From Callorhinchus milii (taxonomy: Eukaryota): a DNA stretch of 64,000 bases. The notes beneath the pieces are model-generated. The model had not been told where the DNA came from. It searched no databases and saw nothing but the letters and a program-made list of their open reading frames with translations. The DNA is taken from assembly GCF_018977255.1 (NCBI RefSeq), contig NW_024704743.1, positions 80,912,001-80,976,000 on the forward strand, read 5' to 3'. Below are positions 61,581 through 64,000 of this stretch, one piece after another. How positions within the stretch are numbered: position 1 is the first letter of the stretch; each line of letters starts with the position of its first letter. The translations under genes were made by a program, and so were the position numbers.

Positions 61581-62854
61581 CACCACAACCAAGGCGGTGA
61601 GGACAAGACAAGGCCTGGAGGCAGCTGAGCTGTGTGGTGGTGAGTCAGTGCGAGACATCTGGAGTGTCAGAGGACTTGGCTCTTCCCAACTGTTCCTCAC
61701 AGTCTTATCTATGTCCCGTGTCAATGAGCTGAGCCTAACTTCAGAGCAATTGTACATCCCCTGTTTACATGTGTAGCTGCTCTTGATCACTGTGGGTGTT
61801 TCAGCTGAGCTTTAGTGAACGTCTGGGCACAGTTTAGGGCTGTTCTCTCAAGTGGGGGTCTCTCATTGACCATCATTTGATTGCAATTCATAACAATAAT
61901 TTCCTTTGACTGAAAATTGTTCCACGCTGACAATTTTTCCTCTTGTAGATTTCAGACTCGCCAAATTCCATAGATTATTTTGGGATTATTCAACAAAACA
62001 GATTTTACAATTAATTCTTTCAGTCCTGGGTTGGGATGTCAAAATGATGTATACATAATCGAGCACAAATTAATGTATAATTATCGAGATATTACAATTA
62101 ACATGAGAGCAGCCCAAAATGAGATTTCAGTCAACATGTGATGGTTGATGGCTCTGATGATTTAATTATTATAAAATGTTTTCAGACTTGTATTTGTAAA
62201 ATATTATAAAAATAACCTAAATAACTACCAGTAACCCATTATTAGTAATCCAACCATAATACCTCTCTCCTAAGAACATTTTTATGTTGTTTACAAACTG
62301 AATTTATAAATTAACAGAAAAATATTAGATTCCAAACATTAATTGTACAGTTTAGTTTATCATGGATTTGCTGTCCCATATAGGATTGGCGCTGTCGGTG
62401 ACTCTTACAGACAGGTATTGGCCACAGCAAGAATTTTCCAAACTACCTTATATCTGGAATTCGAGTTACATCATTAAACTTTAATTATGCTGTTAGGATT
62501 TTTCCTAAAGTGACTCATAGCAAACAATCTTTCTTCTTTCTTATAAAGTATTTATTACTGTTTAAAATATTTTCTTTCCGAATTTGCAGCCTCTTAGCTT
62601 TTAATACTTGCTGTTAAAGCTCACAGTTTATTTGAGCGGAATTTAACCCTCTACCAACTCAATAAGTAAACAAATTGGGTTTTGATTGAAGTAGTGCAGT
62701 AATTCTGCCTGAGTACTGAACATAGGATAAAATATGATTTTCCTCTGGTTAGCTAAATGCTGCCAGTGGTGCAGTAAACGTAACCCAAATTAATTGCCAA
62801 GTGTCAACAGTGGAAGTTGTCATCTGATGGATGTTTTAATCTCTGGATGGACAT

Positions 62855-63186
62855 GCCACTCTCTGGCACCTTCCTACCTCTCCAACCTCCTCACTCCCCA
62901 ATCAATCACCCAGTGCCTCTGCTCAACTGGTACCGGCCTCCTGCTCGTCCCTCGCACCTTCCATCCCACCATTGGAGGCCGCGCTTTCAGCCACTACACC
63001 CTGAAACTCTGGAACACTCTCCCTCAATCCCTCTGCCTTGTCCCCCCTCTCCCCTTTTTCAGATCCCTTCCTCTTCGACCGTGCTTATGGCCACCTTCCC
63101 CCCGGCCCCCCCACTGACTTGGAATGAGACTCTGCCACTTTTAAGCGCTCTGAGACACTGCCCTATATAAATCCAAGTTGTTGTTG
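62855..63186 (+). mobile_element. L2 LINE 3' end
   Basis: HSLAPSYLSNLLTP...TIGGRAFSHYTLKLWNTLPQSL. Tail AAATCCAAGTTGTTGTTG. Confidence 0.87.
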
Positions 63187-64000
63187 GAATGTTATTTACA
63201 CTGAGCTTACTCACCAAAATTCGGGTGAACTGTGTGTGCATCTCCAATGCAAACTAAACACAAGAGAAAAAGTTATCTTGCTCGGATTGTCTTGCTAGAC
63301 AAATCCTGTGGGGAATGGAGATAAACTGAATCAGTCGATAACTGAGACAACAACTAAAAATTCCATCTAATTTACTCTTGAACAGAATACGGATCTAAGC
63401 ATATGCATTTTTAACAAAAATGAAAAGTTTAAAATGTTGATACTTTCACAAATGATTGTGCACCTCATTTTTCGCTTTGACGTTACAATCAAAGCATACT
63501 TACAGCAGTCGTCTGACTATTGCACATCTTTGCTTGTACCTATGAGCCACTTCAAGGTACCTCTATTTCTAATGGACAATATCACTACACAGAAATATAT
63601 GCTATTATTGAGTTACTTACCTGCATGTTGTATAGTAGAATAATTGCAATTTTGTCAGTAGTAACCTGCAGATGTAAATATTATCAATGATAGAAGGCTG
63701 GGGAAAAGGCTAATTAGGAATCCATGGAATAAAGTCTGAGTTTCACAATTTCACAGCACCAATCTGATAGTTTTCTATCTACAGTCATCAGTTAGATTGG
63801 TTGTCTAGATTATCCCTGCATACTATTTAGACCGGTGGCAGATGCAACTGAAGACGTGTATTACAACAGGAACCCATTCAGTAATATTAAACAGCCTTCA
63901 TACATTTGTCCATTAATTTTACATTACAGCTCAAATGAATATTGTTACAATGATTTCTTTCAAAATCCATTTTTTTATATTTACATTATATTGCGACCCC

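Noticed and set aside
45900..64000. Exons of expected syntenic neighbours (CCN3/NOV downstream; COLEC10 upstream of MAL2)
   Set aside because: No cysteine-rich IGFBP/VWC/TSP1/CT, collagen or C-type lectin coding segments were recognised. Short ORFs such as 55315-55563 and 56057-56387 have no recognisable homology.

Overview
This is vertebrate genomic DNA, and the repeat landscape suggests a cartilaginous fish, possibly a chimaera (inference): (TTG)n-tailed L2 LINEs, shark-type CR1 tails, tRNA/Deu-domain SINEs, Penelope and Tx1. One host gene is present, a complete 4-exon MAL2 on the + strand (CDS 12678-12806, 13663-13833, 23281-23433, 24761-24832; 174 aa, MARVEL domain). Its first exon sits between a ~2 kb G/T-rich repeat and a pyrimidine-rich minisatellite, and its exon 2 acceptor is built on an L2 retroposon tail. 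The most notable element is a 7.8 kb degenerate provirus-like LTR element (37567-45365) with a GTAT TSD and a tRNA-Lys-type PBS. Its Gag has a transmembrane and coiled-coil N-terminus and 2-3 CCHC knuckles. Its Pol has protease, a deleted RT core, a retrovirus-style tether plus second RNase H, and integrase, followed by a decayed env/accessory region. This architecture fits a basal retrovirus (loki/spuma-related) better than a plain Gypsy element. Other structures include two long inverted-repeat pairs, two strong hairpins, a 156-bp intronic tandem repeat, a hAT transposase fragment, a TA-flanked MITE and many nested retroposon insertions. Repeat boundaries were read by eye and are approximate.
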